NCBI GenBank assembly: GCA_038998335.1
Contig: JAVZHQ010000001.1
Location: forward strand, 96,001 to 160,000
From: Candidatus Aenigmatarchaeota archaeon
GTDB lineage: Archaea; Aenigmatarchaeota; Aenigmatarchaeia; CG10238-14; SCSR01
Reading direction: 5' to 3'
Length of the DNA stretch: 64,000 nucleotides
Shown here: positions 47,929 through 57,036 of the stretch, piece by piece
Numbering within the stretch: position 1 is the stretch's first letter
How the letters are laid out: the number at the start of each line of letters is the position of its first letter
Position numbers and translations under genes: made by a program
The notes under the pieces: model-generated
Database searches by the model: none
The model's input: only the letters and a program-made list of their open reading frames with translations
Told to the model about the DNA's origin: nothing

Positions 47929-49360
47929 TTTCGAGTTCTTTTGAGGGCGAGAGGATAAGATTGTGTGGCTTAAATTGGAGACTAGGAAAAACGATTTCTC
48001 TTAGCTTACCCTCGTCTATTTTTTTGAATCTAAGGAGGCTGTATCGTAAAGGGCAAACAGTATATCTTATCTTTTTACACATTTCTTCATAATTTCTCTC
48101 TTCCATACTACTTGGAATTAATATCAGCAGCTCTTCTTTTGTTTGTGGCTTGCAAATCGCAAAATTATAACCCGCATAAGATGTTAAGATTTCTTTTAGA
48201 ATGTCAACAGAAACAGGATACTCTTTTATTTTTACGTAACCACTCTCGTGCTTCCTTCTTATGTCAATAGAAAGGGACGGAAAGGGAAGTGTTATTTTTT
48301 GATTGTTTAGGGTGATTGTGGTGGAATAGCTTACAAGCCTTGTAACATCACCTGGTGCATAATCAATTAGACATGTTCCCTCGAAGGGAGAGGTTATTTT
48401 GATTTCGCCTTCTTCGCCTTCGCTAACATTTTCACCTTTTTCGTCAACAACTCTGATATGGCACAGGTTTCCCATCACCATCAAGCTATCGCTAGCTTCC
48501 CAGTTTCTATCTACACTTGAAATAATTCCATAAGCTACACAGCCTAAGGGCATACATTCCTGGGCACCATAGGCGTCTATAACTATTTTAGCTCCTATTT
48601 CATGTCCCAAGTCTATAACCTCTTTGCTTGGTTTAAAGCCTCCGGTACCTATGAACATCAAGTTCTTATACCTAAGTTTGTTCTCGACCATAAAAGTACC
48701 TATATCCCTTAAAATTGATGGTGTAATCAAAACCCCGTTTGCATCATTTTCTATAGAATCTAAAACATAATCACAAAGTTGTTCATGACTTAAAGGTTCC
48801 CCATAAGGTAATACTCTCAAAGGAATTTTTTGCGAGACTCGCATAAGAGAGGCGAAAGGATACGTCCCGGAGCCACCATAAATGTACATTCGAGAAAAAA
48901 TAGCTACACTTGGCGTAGAAATGTTTGCAAAAAATCTCCTAAGACCACGGAGATAAAGTTCTTTTATCACAGTATTAACATCTTTTTGTGTATAGGCTAT
49001 TTTCTTTCTTTTAAATTTCTTTATTGTTTCAAGAAAACTTTCCCCGCTTCTTAATCTTTCTACTAAGCTATAACCTGAAGACACTTGTACCCACGTCCTT
49101 TTATTTTGAGGTACAAGGCTTAAATGGGATGAAAAGTCATTTCCCATAAGGTCTGTACCTTCGACCCAGTTTACCTTATACTTCTGAAGGAAGTTATCAA
49201 GCTTTTCTATCGAGTTAATTCTTCTTACCTCGGAAAATTCAATCGAGTTTTCCCTTAACTTTTCTCTATAAAATGGTATCGAAAGCATAGCATCCCTAAC
49301 TTTTTTAGCTATGCTATTCTGCTTTATTTTAACATAAAAGGGCGCTATTTTCTCTATCAT
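47909..49360 (-). CDS. Divergent PaaK-like adenylate-forming (ANL) ligase
   Basis: IPFYREKL, IDAYGAQE, RVVDEKGENVSEGEEGEIKITS, IDYAPGD; P-loop degenerate (QVSSG). Confidence 0.65.
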   Translation of the reverse strand: MIEKIAPFYVKIKQNSIAKKVRDAMLSIPFYREKLRENSIEFSEVRRINSIEKLDNFLQKYKVNWVEGTDLMGNDFSSHLSLVPQNKRTWVQVSSGYSLVERLRSGESFLETIKKFKRKKIAYTQKDVNTVIKELYLRGLRRFFANISTPSVAIFSRMYIYGGSGTYPFASLMRVSQKIPLRVLPYGEPLSHEQLCDYVLDSIENDANGVLITPSILRDIGTFMVENKLRYKNLMFIGTGGFKPSKEVIDLGHEIGAKIVIDAYGAQECMPLGCVAYGIISSVDRNWEASDSLMVMGNLCHIRVVDEKGENVSEGEEGEIKITSPFEGTCLIDYAPGDVTRLVSYSTTITLNNQKITLPFPSLSIDIRRKHESGYVKIKEYPVSVDILKEILTSYAGYNFAICKPQTKEELLILIPSSMEERNYEEMCKKIRYTVCPLRYSLLRFKKIDEGKLREIVFPSLQFKPHNLILSPSKELESELYAS

Positions 49361-49364
49361 AGTA

Positions 49365-49901
49365 TCACTTTTTTACCTCTATTTGAAACGTACAATATGG
49401 AGCACCTTTAGTGTAGCAGGAAAGCTCTTGTATTTTAGGTGTAGAATGGTATAATATTTTTAGAGGAGCAAGTAAATTTGCTTCTACTATTTTACATACT
49501 TTTGAATTTTTTCCCCATTTTTGTTTAGCATATTCTACAAGCGGAGAATTTTCGACTTTAACTGTATAGACTATTTTTTCTTTATTTTCTTTTTTGTTGA
49601 CCAAAGTAAATTTCCCCAACCCGTAAAAGTCTGCAAATGGTAAAAGCTTCTCTATGTTTAGGGAGGATGGTGATAAACCAAATGCTTTCGTTGCGTTTTC
49701 GATTGCAATTTCTGTGGCTTCCATTAAAATTTTAAAGGCTTTTTTTTCTCCAAGTTCTTCAAATATTTTCTGATGAAGATACGCAAATCCACAACTTTCT
49801 ACTAAAGTCACATTGTATCTTCCCAAAATCGTAACCCTTCCTTCTTCAGCAGAAAAAGCCCTTCCAAGCAAAAGTTTTTTCAAAATAACAGCTATTCCCA
49901 T
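49365..49901 (-). CDS. V4R (4-vinyl reductase) ligand-binding domain protein
   Basis: YGLGKF, VENSP, VC, ELSCYTKGAPYCTF. Confidence 0.8.
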   Translation of the reverse strand: MGIAVILKKLLLGRAFSAEEGRVTILGRYNVTLVESCGFAYLHQKIFEELGEKKAFKILMEATEIAIENATKAFGLSPSSLNIEKLLPFADFYGLGKFTLVNKKENKEKIVYTVKVENSPLVEYAKQKWGKNSKVCKIVEANLLAPLKILYHSTPKIQELSCYTKGAPYCTFQIEVKK

Positions 49902-49910
49902 TCTCTCACC

Positions 49911-50207
49911 TCACAACCCTTTTAATAATTCGTGCACAACCCTAAGCTTTTCAATCTCAGTAGGCCATGCTATGTAAGTGTTTCCAACTTTTTTCATGTC
50001 TATTAACCCCATTTCCTTAAGCTTGCGAAAATGGTAAAGGTACTTTGCAGAAAGCGTTTTCTCTTTTCCTTTATCTCCTAAAATCTCAGCAACTTCTAGC
50101 GGATTTGTAGGCCATCTAGAATGAATAATTTCAAAGACTTTTGCTGTAAGTTGAGAGACTTTTTTTACTCTTACGCTTTCAAGCATTTCTTCAAAGGTTT
50201 TTTCCAT
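49911..50207 (-). CDS. Winged-helix transcriptional regulator
   Basis: PTNPLEVAE...LYHFRKLKEMGLIDMKKVG. Confidence 0.75.
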   Translation of the reverse strand: MEKTFEEMLESVRVKKVSQLTAKVFEIIHSRWPTNPLEVAEILGDKGKEKTLSAKYLYHFRKLKEMGLIDMKKVGNTYIAWPTEIEKLRVVHELLKGL

Positions 50208-50213
50208 AATTTA

Positions 50214-50258
50214 AGAATATTCCATAAAGTATTTATAAGTTATGTATGGAATATTCCA
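50214..50258 (-). promoter_or_regulatory. Promoter with TATA box flanked by two (T)GGAATATTCCA operators
   Basis: AGAATATTCCA 50214-24, TTTATAA 50232-38, TGGAATATTCCA 50247-58. Confidence 0.65.
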
Positions 50259-50292
50259 AAAAAATCTATGAAATGTTTGTTGGCTGCTTTTC

Positions 50293-50308
50293 TGTTAGAC
50301 GTCTAACA
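50293..50308. repeat. Palindrome copy 6
   Basis: Exact. Confidence 0.95.
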
Positions 50309-50673
50309 ATTTTTTTCCTTTTACAACAAAATTACAACTTCTTTAAAATATTTTTCTTTTAAAAAATTTCTTAATCTTCACCATGCTTTTTTTTAAATTT
50401 CTATCCTAATGATAGAAAAATTTAAGTTAGATGTTTAACATATTTCTAAAACCCGTAATTTTAAATATTTTCAAATCGAGTTTAAATATTATGTGTTATA
50501 AAGATTTCCCAAATGAGTGCAAGAAATGTAGGCATTTATTTGAAGAATATAAAATAGCTCAGAGTTATTTTATAATTCCGATAAAATTTTATCGTTCGTC
50601 CGAATGTACCAAATATGCTCTTAAGACTCATGAAATAATTTCTGCTCTACCTCTTTTAGAAATTAATTTTAAA

Positions 50674-51609
50674 TTAATTTCTACATTTGTTAATCGAGTA
50701 TTTCGAGCTTAACATTTCATTGTCAGTCATAACCTTTCCTGAAGATTTTATGTTTATTTTTGAGTACTCGGGTATAATAAATAACAATTTATGAATATTT
50801 TCATTGTAGAATTTTAAATTTGTTATCATCCTTTTCTTTATCCTTTTCTTTATCTCTTTTTTGCTTAATAAAAGCGGATCAAACTTTTTTGATCCAGCAA
50901 CAAAACCTGCACCAAAAGAATAGCCACGAACTATCGGGAAAACATTACTAACGGTTGCGTATATAGAACTAAAAGTATGAGAATTATAGAAAGGTGATGT
51001 GGCTTGTGTAACAAATATCCCATTTTTCTCCAATTTTCTTTTAACAATCTCGTAAAATTCTTTAGTGTATAGTCCAGCAGAAATTCCACACGGCGAAGGG
51101 TCTGTAGCATCGATAATTATACAATCAAATTTATCCGATTCTTCGATGAGATAGTTTCTTCCATCATTGAATATAACTTCTACTTTACTATTGTAAAAAG
51201 ATCCTTGATGAATTTCTTTTAAATATTTTTTGGCCACATCGACAACATCTTTACTTATTTCAACCATTTTTATTTTCTTAACAATATTATGTTTAAGTAC
51301 TTCACGGATAGTTCCACCTTCACCCCCACCAATTACTAGTACTTTTGATGGGCGCGGATGTGTTATCATTATAGGATGTACGAGGGTTTCATGGTAAATC
51401 CATTCATCGTTTAAAGAAGATTGTATTTGATTATTTAAAACAAAACAGATGCCTCTGTCATATGTCTCTACAATTTCAATTTTATGATACTTTGTTTTTT
51501 TTCTATAAATTACTTTTTTTATTCTATAAATGGTTGCCATCGTAGGTGTAATACAATCTAAAAGTATTTGTCCACTAAAATTATTTTCAGTTAGTTTATT
51601 CTTTTTCAT
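50674..51609 (-). CDS. speE: Polyamine aminopropyltransferase (spermidine synthase family)
   Basis: DEWIYHETLVHP, VLVIGGGEGGT, DGRNYL, FDCIIIDATDP. Confidence 0.9.
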   Translation of the reverse strand: MKKNKLTENNFSGQILLDCITPTMATIYRIKKVIYRKKTKYHKIEIVETYDRGICFVLNNQIQSSLNDEWIYHETLVHPIMITHPRPSKVLVIGGGEGGTIREVLKHNIVKKIKMVEISKDVVDVAKKYLKEIHQGSFYNSKVEVIFNDGRNYLIEESDKFDCIIIDATDPSPCGISAGLYTKEFYEIVKRKLEKNGIFVTQATSPFYNSHTFSSIYATVSNVFPIVRGYSFGAGFVAGSKKFDPLLLSKKEIKKRIKKRMITNLKFYNENIHKLLFIIPEYSKINIKSSGKVMTDNEMLSSKYSINKCRN

Positions 51610-51647
51610 AATTTAATTTAAATAATTAAATTACTTAAAATAGTTCA

Positions 51648-51986
51648 ATGAAAATTAAAGAACTTTTGATAGATGCTTATAACTGTTCTGGAAACTTAAA
51701 CAATAGTAGACTATTGTTATCTATTTTAATCAAATCCGCAAAAAAAGTTGGTGCTAAGGTTGTAAACTGGTTGGTTCATAATTATAAACCTTTTGGAGTT
51801 AGTGTTGTAGTTTTGTTAGCAGAGAGTCATGTATCAGTATACACATGGCCAGAATATAAGTATGCAGCGATTGAAATATTCCTTTGTAACGAGAAAATGA
51901 ATCCGGAGCTCGTTTGGAAAAATATTAAAAAATATATTCGGCCCAAAAAATATTTTATCAAAAAAGTTTATAGAAGTGTTAAATAA
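51648..51986 (+). CDS. speD: S-adenosylmethionine decarboxylase proenzyme
   Basis: GVSVVVLLAESHVSVYTWPE...IFLC. Confidence 0.9.
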   Translation: MKIKELLIDAYNCSGNLNNSRLLLSILIKSAKKVGAKVVNWLVHNYKPFGVSVVVLLAESHVSVYTWPEYKYAAIEIFLCNEKMNPELVWKNIKKYIRPKKYFIKKVYRSVK

Positions 51987-51994
51987 TGCTACTT

Positions 51995-52771
51995 TTACTC
52001 TTTTTCACTTAGAATTTTTCCGATAAATTTCTTCCAATTCCCAATACTTTTAACATCTTCAAGATGAACTTGAAATAATTTAACATACGGATTTCTTGTC
52101 TTTTTTGGTAAAGGAATGTTTAGTACGCGAAAGGTTATTATATCTGTTATGGCTTCGTTTATTTTTGATTCATCTTTCCTGTATTTTTTAGGAATTTGTT
52201 TGATTATTCTATTCATTAAATTTAAGTGCACGAGTTCATGCGTTATAGCAAGTTTTAATAATTTATTATCGTTGGTTCTTCCAATAGCAATTCCATTAGG
52301 AGGTACAGGTTCAGCACCAAATTTATACTCGAAAGAAAGTGCTTCTATCAAATAAATTTTAATTTCTCTTGGGAATGGTAAATTAGTAAAAGTTTCTATT
52401 TTATTTAAAGTATCGAGGACAAAATTTTTATCTATTTTTTTTGAAAAATTTTTAAGTTTTGGTTCAATCTCTTTTTTCCATAAGGGTTTATAAAGCCTAC
52501 TACTCTTAAGTAAAATTCTCTCTACTCTTTTTTCAAATTCACTCATACATTTTTTAAGACGTTTCTTTTTACCTATTGCTTTTTTAAAATACCAAGAAAT
52601 ATTTTGAGGGTCAAATTCCCATCCAAACTCTTTACTTAGTTTTTCAAAGTTTGAGAATTCTGTGGCATATTTTTGATTGAATCTTTGAGGAACGCTTCCG
52701 CTAAGCTTCTCAAGATGATAAAAAAGATTTAATTTAAAGTTGATTTCGACGCTAAGCTTGGTAGATTTCAT
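51995..52771 (-). CDS. HExxH putative metallopeptidase
   Basis: ITHELVH followed by NEAIT (gluzincin-like third ligand). Confidence 0.55.
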   Translation of the reverse strand: MKSTKLSVEINFKLNLFYHLEKLSGSVPQRFNQKYATEFSNFEKLSKEFGWEFDPQNISWYFKKAIGKKKRLKKCMSEFEKRVERILLKSSRLYKPLWKKEIEPKLKNFSKKIDKNFVLDTLNKIETFTNLPFPREIKIYLIEALSFEYKFGAEPVPPNGIAIGRTNDNKLLKLAITHELVHLNLMNRIIKQIPKKYRKDESKINEAITDIITFRVLNIPLPKKTRNPYVKLFQVHLEDVKSIGNWKKFIGKILSEKE

Positions 52772-52801
52772 AAATTATTTTAAATTTTTTAAAATTAATA
52801 A

Positions 52802-53752
52802 ATGAATATGCAAAAGAGTGATTTAAAAAAATTCGAGAAAGAAATTTATTTTAACATAAACTACAGAAGTACCTGTAATAATAACTGTCTATTTTGTGAT
52901 GCTGACGAAGGTTATGAACTAATAACTTCTCAAAAAATTTTTGAAATTCTAGAGAAAGAAAGAGTAGGGCCTAAAGATAGAGTAGTATATTGTGGAGGTG
53001 AGCCAACAACTCACCCAGAAATAATAGATATAGTTCAAGGTACATGTAAAAAGTATTCGTCAAATTTATATTTCTTGACAAATGGAAGAAAACTTTCGGA
53101 TTTGGAATTTTCGAAGAAGCTTTTAAAAAAAATAAAAGGTGGTTGTGTTTCCGTCCCTATTTATGGTTACACATCAAGTATGCACGATTATTTAACTCAA
53201 TCAAATGGAAGTTTTAAGGAAACTATTAAAGGGGTAACTAATTTATTTAAGTTAAGAGACGATTATGGGTTTGATTTTGAGATAGAACTTAAAGTATTAA
53301 TTTGTAAACCTACCTATAAGTATATCTCTAAGATTGTTAAATTCATACAAAAAAAATTTCCCCAACCTGACTATTTAGTAATAAGTTCTTTGGACATTTC
53401 AAATCGTGTTTTGGAAAATCTTGATAAAGTATTTGTAAGATTAAGTGAAGCATCTCCTTATCTTCGAGAAGCCATAGATATGATCGATGATAAAGAAAAC
53501 TTAGTTCTATATTTTATACCATTATGCATCCTAAAAGATGAAAAATATTTTCCAATAGCTAATAGTTTACGTGGAATCCTTTGTAAAGCTCCTACAAAGT
53601 ATTATGATCCGCGTAATCTCAACGGAATAGTAGGATATACGGAGAAATCAAAAAGCCCTAACTGTAAACTTTGTAAATATGATAATTTTTGTGATGGTCT
53701 ATGGAAAAGATATACAAATTTAGTTGGTTTTGGGGAGCTGGTACCTTTTTAA
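52802..53752 (+). CDS. Radical SAM protein, HxsC-like
   Basis: CNNNCLFC, GGEPT, LTNGRK, HDYLTQSNGSF, IPLC, C-terminal CKLC....CDG. Confidence 0.8.
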   Translation: MNMQKSDLKKFEKEIYFNINYRSTCNNNCLFCDADEGYELITSQKIFEILEKERVGPKDRVVYCGGEPTTHPEIIDIVQGTCKKYSSNLYFLTNGRKLSDLEFSKKLLKKIKGGCVSVPIYGYTSSMHDYLTQSNGSFKETIKGVTNLFKLRDDYGFDFEIELKVLICKPTYKYISKIVKFIQKKFPQPDYLVISSLDISNRVLENLDKVFVRLSEASPYLREAIDMIDDKENLVLYFIPLCILKDEKYFPIANSLRGILCKAPTKYYDPRNLNGIVGYTEKSKSPNCKLCKYDNFCDGLWKRYTNLVGFGELVPF

Positions 53753-53776
53753 TTAGTACCAATTTAGCTTAATAAA

Positions 53777-54550
53777 CTAGCGTTTTTTTCCTATAGTTAA
53801 TATATCCATCCCAAGATTAATGAAAGGTTGTGTTTTTGCGAGAGATTCTTCTAAATTCAGATAATAATAAAGGTTGTCTATCAATTCTTTGGAATTTTCT
53901 AGAAAAAAGAAAAAAGGAATAAATGATATTCCTTCCATAGAAATTAAATAGAAATACTTTTTTATCAGAGAACTCAGTTCATTTGTATCGTAGAGCCGAA
54001 CTTCTAACTTTTTATCTCCTATGTAATGTGGATAAATTTTTGAGTTATTTTTAAGAGCTTCCAAATGTTTTTTATTCTGAAGTCTTATGTACGAGTATTT
54101 GGAATAGAAAGTAGATAAAAAAATACCATCCTTTCTTATAACTCTTTTGATTTCTTTAAGCACGGGTTCTATCCTTTTAACATAGTTTAGAGACCCGTAA
54201 ATACTCACTATACAATCAAACTCCTCATCTTTGAAATAATGCAATTTTGTTGCAGAAAGAACTTTGTAACTAACTTTGTTTTCAACCTCCTTGGGCAAAT
54301 TTTCTACAGCCTTCGTAATCATTTTTGTTGAAACATCTATTCCAGTAACGGTGCAATTCCTCTTTTGAGCAAGATATATGCTAGGGAAACCAGTCCCACA
54401 ACCGATGTCGAGAACTTTAGAATTTTTGGGAATATATTTGTCTAATATACGTTTAACTCTTTCTCTATAGAAGATTTGATAAGGTCTTTCCATCAAGTTG
54501 TCGTAGTGAGGTGCAAATGAATTATAAGCTTTTTTTACTCTTTCCATCAT
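53777..54550 (-). CDS. Class I SAM-dependent methyltransferase
   Basis: VLDIGCGTG, GIDVS, FDCIVS. Confidence 0.88.
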   Translation of the reverse strand: MMERVKKAYNSFAPHYDNLMERPYQIFYRERVKRILDKYIPKNSKVLDIGCGTGFPSIYLAQKRNCTVTGIDVSTKMITKAVENLPKEVENKVSYKVLSATKLHYFKDEEFDCIVSIYGSLNYVKRIEPVLKEIKRVIRKDGIFLSTFYSKYSYIRLQNKKHLEALKNNSKIYPHYIGDKKLEVRLYDTNELSSLIKKYFYLISMEGISFIPFFFFLENSKELIDNLYYYLNLEESLAKTQPFINLGMDILTIGKKR

Positions 54551-54573
54551 TCCATATTTTTAAGGCTAATAAA

Positions 54574-55899
54574 TTAAAATGTAATTTCTTTAGTCCAAGG
54601 ATCTTTATAGTTGTTGATAATGAAATTTAATAAGAATTTGTAGTATCCTTTTATAAATTTACAGAAAGGAGAAGGTTTAAAAGTATCATTATAAAAATGC
54701 AAGCATTCACCAGGACAACCACCGTTACAAAAAAATTGCCATGGACAGCTTGTACATTCTTTTATCGTACTTGCAGCTCTTAATGGAAATTTAATAAAAT
54801 TTTTATAAGCTTCCTGAAAAGAATTCAATTCAGTTACATTACCAAGTTTAAATGTAGGTATTTGAAGTCGGGTGCAAGGATATAAATTCCCATTTATATC
54901 AACAAAATACATTCTTAACCCTGCAGCGCACCCTCTCGATAAACATATATTTTTATCATACATCCTTGTTAAGTTGTCGAAGTACTCGTCTAAAAGTTTT
55001 GACTTACAGCCTTTTCTTTTAAGTTTGTATGCTTCTAGAAAAATCCTCTTTTTAATAGTAAGAAATTCTTCAGGAGAAATAAGTAATGAAGCATTTTGTT
55101 TCGCCCTCCCCATTAAAATTATGTAATTGAACCTAGAGGCAGAAATGTTAAGATCAAGCCATAAATGACGTAAAATACCTTCTGGCTCCTTCATATTAAA
55201 CTTGTGGAAAGTAGTAATAGAAGATATCCAATTGAAACCAGCATTTCTTAAATTTTCAATAGCTTTAATTACATTATCGTAGCTTCCTCTACCGTTCTCG
55301 TAAATTCTCGCTGAGTTATGTTCAAATTCACGACCATCAATACTTATACCAACTTTTATATCATACTCTTTAAGTTTTTTTGCAATCTTAGGTGTCAAAA
55401 TTGTCCCATTTGTTTCGATATTAACTTTTAACTCCGCAAGATCTTTTTTTAACTCTCTAATTTTATTTATTAACCACTCAATTTTTTTCCATTCTAATAA
55501 AGGTTCACCTCCAGAAGGTTGAATTCCTATTCGCTTATTAGGTAATTTTGCAATTAACTCAGCAATTCTCTCGAGAGTTTCTTTTTTCATACTTTTTCCC
55601 TTTCCAGCATCGGCATAACAGTATTTACACCTTAATGTACATTTCTTAGTAAGTTCGATCTCTATAAGTGTTGGGTTAAAGTCATATCTCTTTACAGAAA
55701 CTGGCCGAAGTTGTCCGTCTAACTTTATTATACCTCTCCAAAAAAATTTTCGAATAAGATTTTCATTCCATTCATTATTTGTAAACTTCCTATAAATATC
55801 ATTAGAAATATGTACCCAACCTCCTGTTAGATGAGAAAATATCACATAACCATTTTTAGTTTTCCATGAAGAATAAGGGAGTACTTCTACTTTTACCAT
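54574..55899 (-). CDS. Radical SAM/SPASM peptide maturase
   Basis: CTLRCKYC, GGEPLL, ETNGT, ISIDG; SPASM C..(CAAG)..GNLYPC...CTSCPWQFFCNGGCPGEC. Confidence 0.9.
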   Translation of the reverse strand: MVKVEVLPYSSWKTKNGYVIFSHLTGGWVHISNDIYRKFTNNEWNENLIRKFFWRGIIKLDGQLRPVSVKRYDFNPTLIEIELTKKCTLRCKYCYADAGKGKSMKKETLERIAELIAKLPNKRIGIQPSGGEPLLEWKKIEWLINKIRELKKDLAELKVNIETNGTILTPKIAKKLKEYDIKVGISIDGREFEHNSARIYENGRGSYDNVIKAIENLRNAGFNWISSITTFHKFNMKEPEGILRHLWLDLNISASRFNYIILMGRAKQNASLLISPEEFLTIKKRIFLEAYKLKRKGCKSKLLDEYFDNLTRMYDKNICLSRGCAAGLRMYFVDINGNLYPCTRLQIPTFKLGNVTELNSFQEAYKNFIKFPLRAASTIKECTSCPWQFFCNGGCPGECLHFYNDTFKPSPFCKFIKGYYKFLLNFIINNYKDPWTKEITF

Positions 55900-56189
55900 A
55901 CTATTCCCATCTCTATAAGCTCGTCTAAAATTTTACTAGCATTATTTTTAAAGTAAGGTTTAAGTATATTAAGGATTTGGTATTTTTTCAATTTTCCCTT
56001 TTCTAATTTTTGGAATAATTTTTCCAAACAAGGTGAGTATTCTACTTCAAAAACTCGTGATGCGTGATCGTCTAACAAAAATATTTTTGATTCTTTAATA
56101 ATAACCCTAACCGCGGGTGATAATTTAAATGTAGATAAATTTTTACCTGTAATTATTTCTACATGAGAAAAGGGCCTTTCTATTATCAT
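55893..56189 (-). CDS. Stand-alone RRE/PqqD-like protein
   Basis: 98 aa, three predicted strands then helices ending ILDELIEMGIV; between peptide gene and SPASM enzyme. Confidence 0.6.
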   Translation of the reverse strand: MIIERPFSHVEIITGKNLSTFKLSPAVRVIIKESKIFLLDDHASRVFEVEYSPCLEKLFQKLEKGKLKKYQILNILKPYFKNNASKILDELIEMGIVW

Positions 56190-56207
56190 AAATTATCATA
56201 TAAAGAT

Positions 56208-56372
56208 TTAGGTAGTTGTAGACCAGTTAAGCCAGTAGGCTTTTATAGGAACATCAGAAGGCTGAAGATCCTCGTAGCTTATTTCTTTGCAATAGGTGAA
56301 GGGCACACTTCTAAACTCATTCTGCAAGGACAACTTTTTATCTTTTATTGAGATTTTATACGCTTCTTCCAT
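56208..56372 (-). CDS. Putative RiPP precursor, 54 aa (MEEAYKISIKDKKLSLQNEFRSVPFTYCKEISYEDLQPSDVPIKAYWLNWSTTT)
   Basis: Manual translation, below ORF-track cutoff; first gene of operon, TTATAAATA box about 25 nt upstream on - strand. Confidence 0.7.
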   Translation of the reverse strand: MEEAYKISIKDKKLSLQNEFRSVPFTYCKEISYEDLQPSDVPIKAYWLNWSTTT

Positions 56373-56457
56373 AAATTATAAAAATTACTTAAAATATTTA
56401 TAAGTTACGGATATAAAGGTGCCTTTAAATTTGTAATCTCAACTTAGAAAATACTTG

Positions 56458-56829
56458 TTATAAAATTACAACGTTTGGTAAATCCTTAAAATGCAAGTCT
56501 CCTGTGACTATCTTTAAACCAAAAACCAAGCTGGAAGCCAAAATAAAAGAATCTAGCATACCCCAATTTTTGACTACTTTTTTCCTGTAAAAATTTATTT
56601 TTCCAGCTGAAACGCTTGTAGCTTCGTCTAAAGTTAAAATGGTTGAAAGTTCCTTTATCTTTTTAACAAATTTTTCTGGAGTTTCACCACATCTCAAACA
56701 ACATTCAGCTATTTCAGCAAGCGAAACAATACTAGTAAAACACCTTTTTTCCTCTAGAATTTTCTTTACTTTTTTTCCTTTTTCACTTCCGTTAAAAAAC
56801 TCAACCCAAGCATGAGTATCCAAAAGCAT
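56458..56829 (-). CDS. vapC: VapC PIN-domain toxin
   Basis: LLDTHAWVEFF, SLAEI, DSFILA, TGDLHF. Confidence 0.9.
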   Translation of the reverse strand: MLLDTHAWVEFFNGSEKGKKVKKILEEKRCFTSIVSLAEIAECCLRCGETPEKFVKKIKELSTILTLDEATSVSAGKINFYRKKVVKNWGMLDSFILASSLVFGLKIVTGDLHFKDLPNVVIL

Positions 56830-56832
56830 AAA

Positions 56833-57036
56833 TCATCCTTTATGTTCTCTTTCAAACTTCAACTTTCCTTTAGCAATTCCGAAGGCTTTTTCAACAGCTT
56901 TTTTGTCTGGTTTTAACAAGGCTATCTCCACCTCTTCCCCCTCTTTAACATTTTGCTCTACAGCTATTTTCTTAGGTATTAAAACTCCTAAAGAAGTTCC
57001 AACTACTCTTATTTTTGTTTTGAACACTTCTGGCAT
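56833..57036 (-). CDS. vapB: AbrB/MazE-family antitoxin
   Basis: KIRVVGTSLGVLIPK...VKEGEEV upstream of PIN gene. Confidence 0.85.
   Translation of the reverse strand: MPEVFKTKIRVVGTSLGVLIPKKIAVEQNVKEGEEVEIALLKPDKKAVEKAFGIAKGKLKFEREHKG

Noticed and set aside
41932-50308. Palindromes as a CRISPR array or canonical integron attC sites
   Set aside because: Spacing is irregular (about 0.2-3.7 kb), there are no cas genes, the half-site order is reversed relative to attC, and no L boxes or integrase are seen
50431-50712. 93-aa ORF downstream of speE
   Set aside because: No recognisable motif, overlaps the speE 3' end, and lies in a very AT-rich region; not supported
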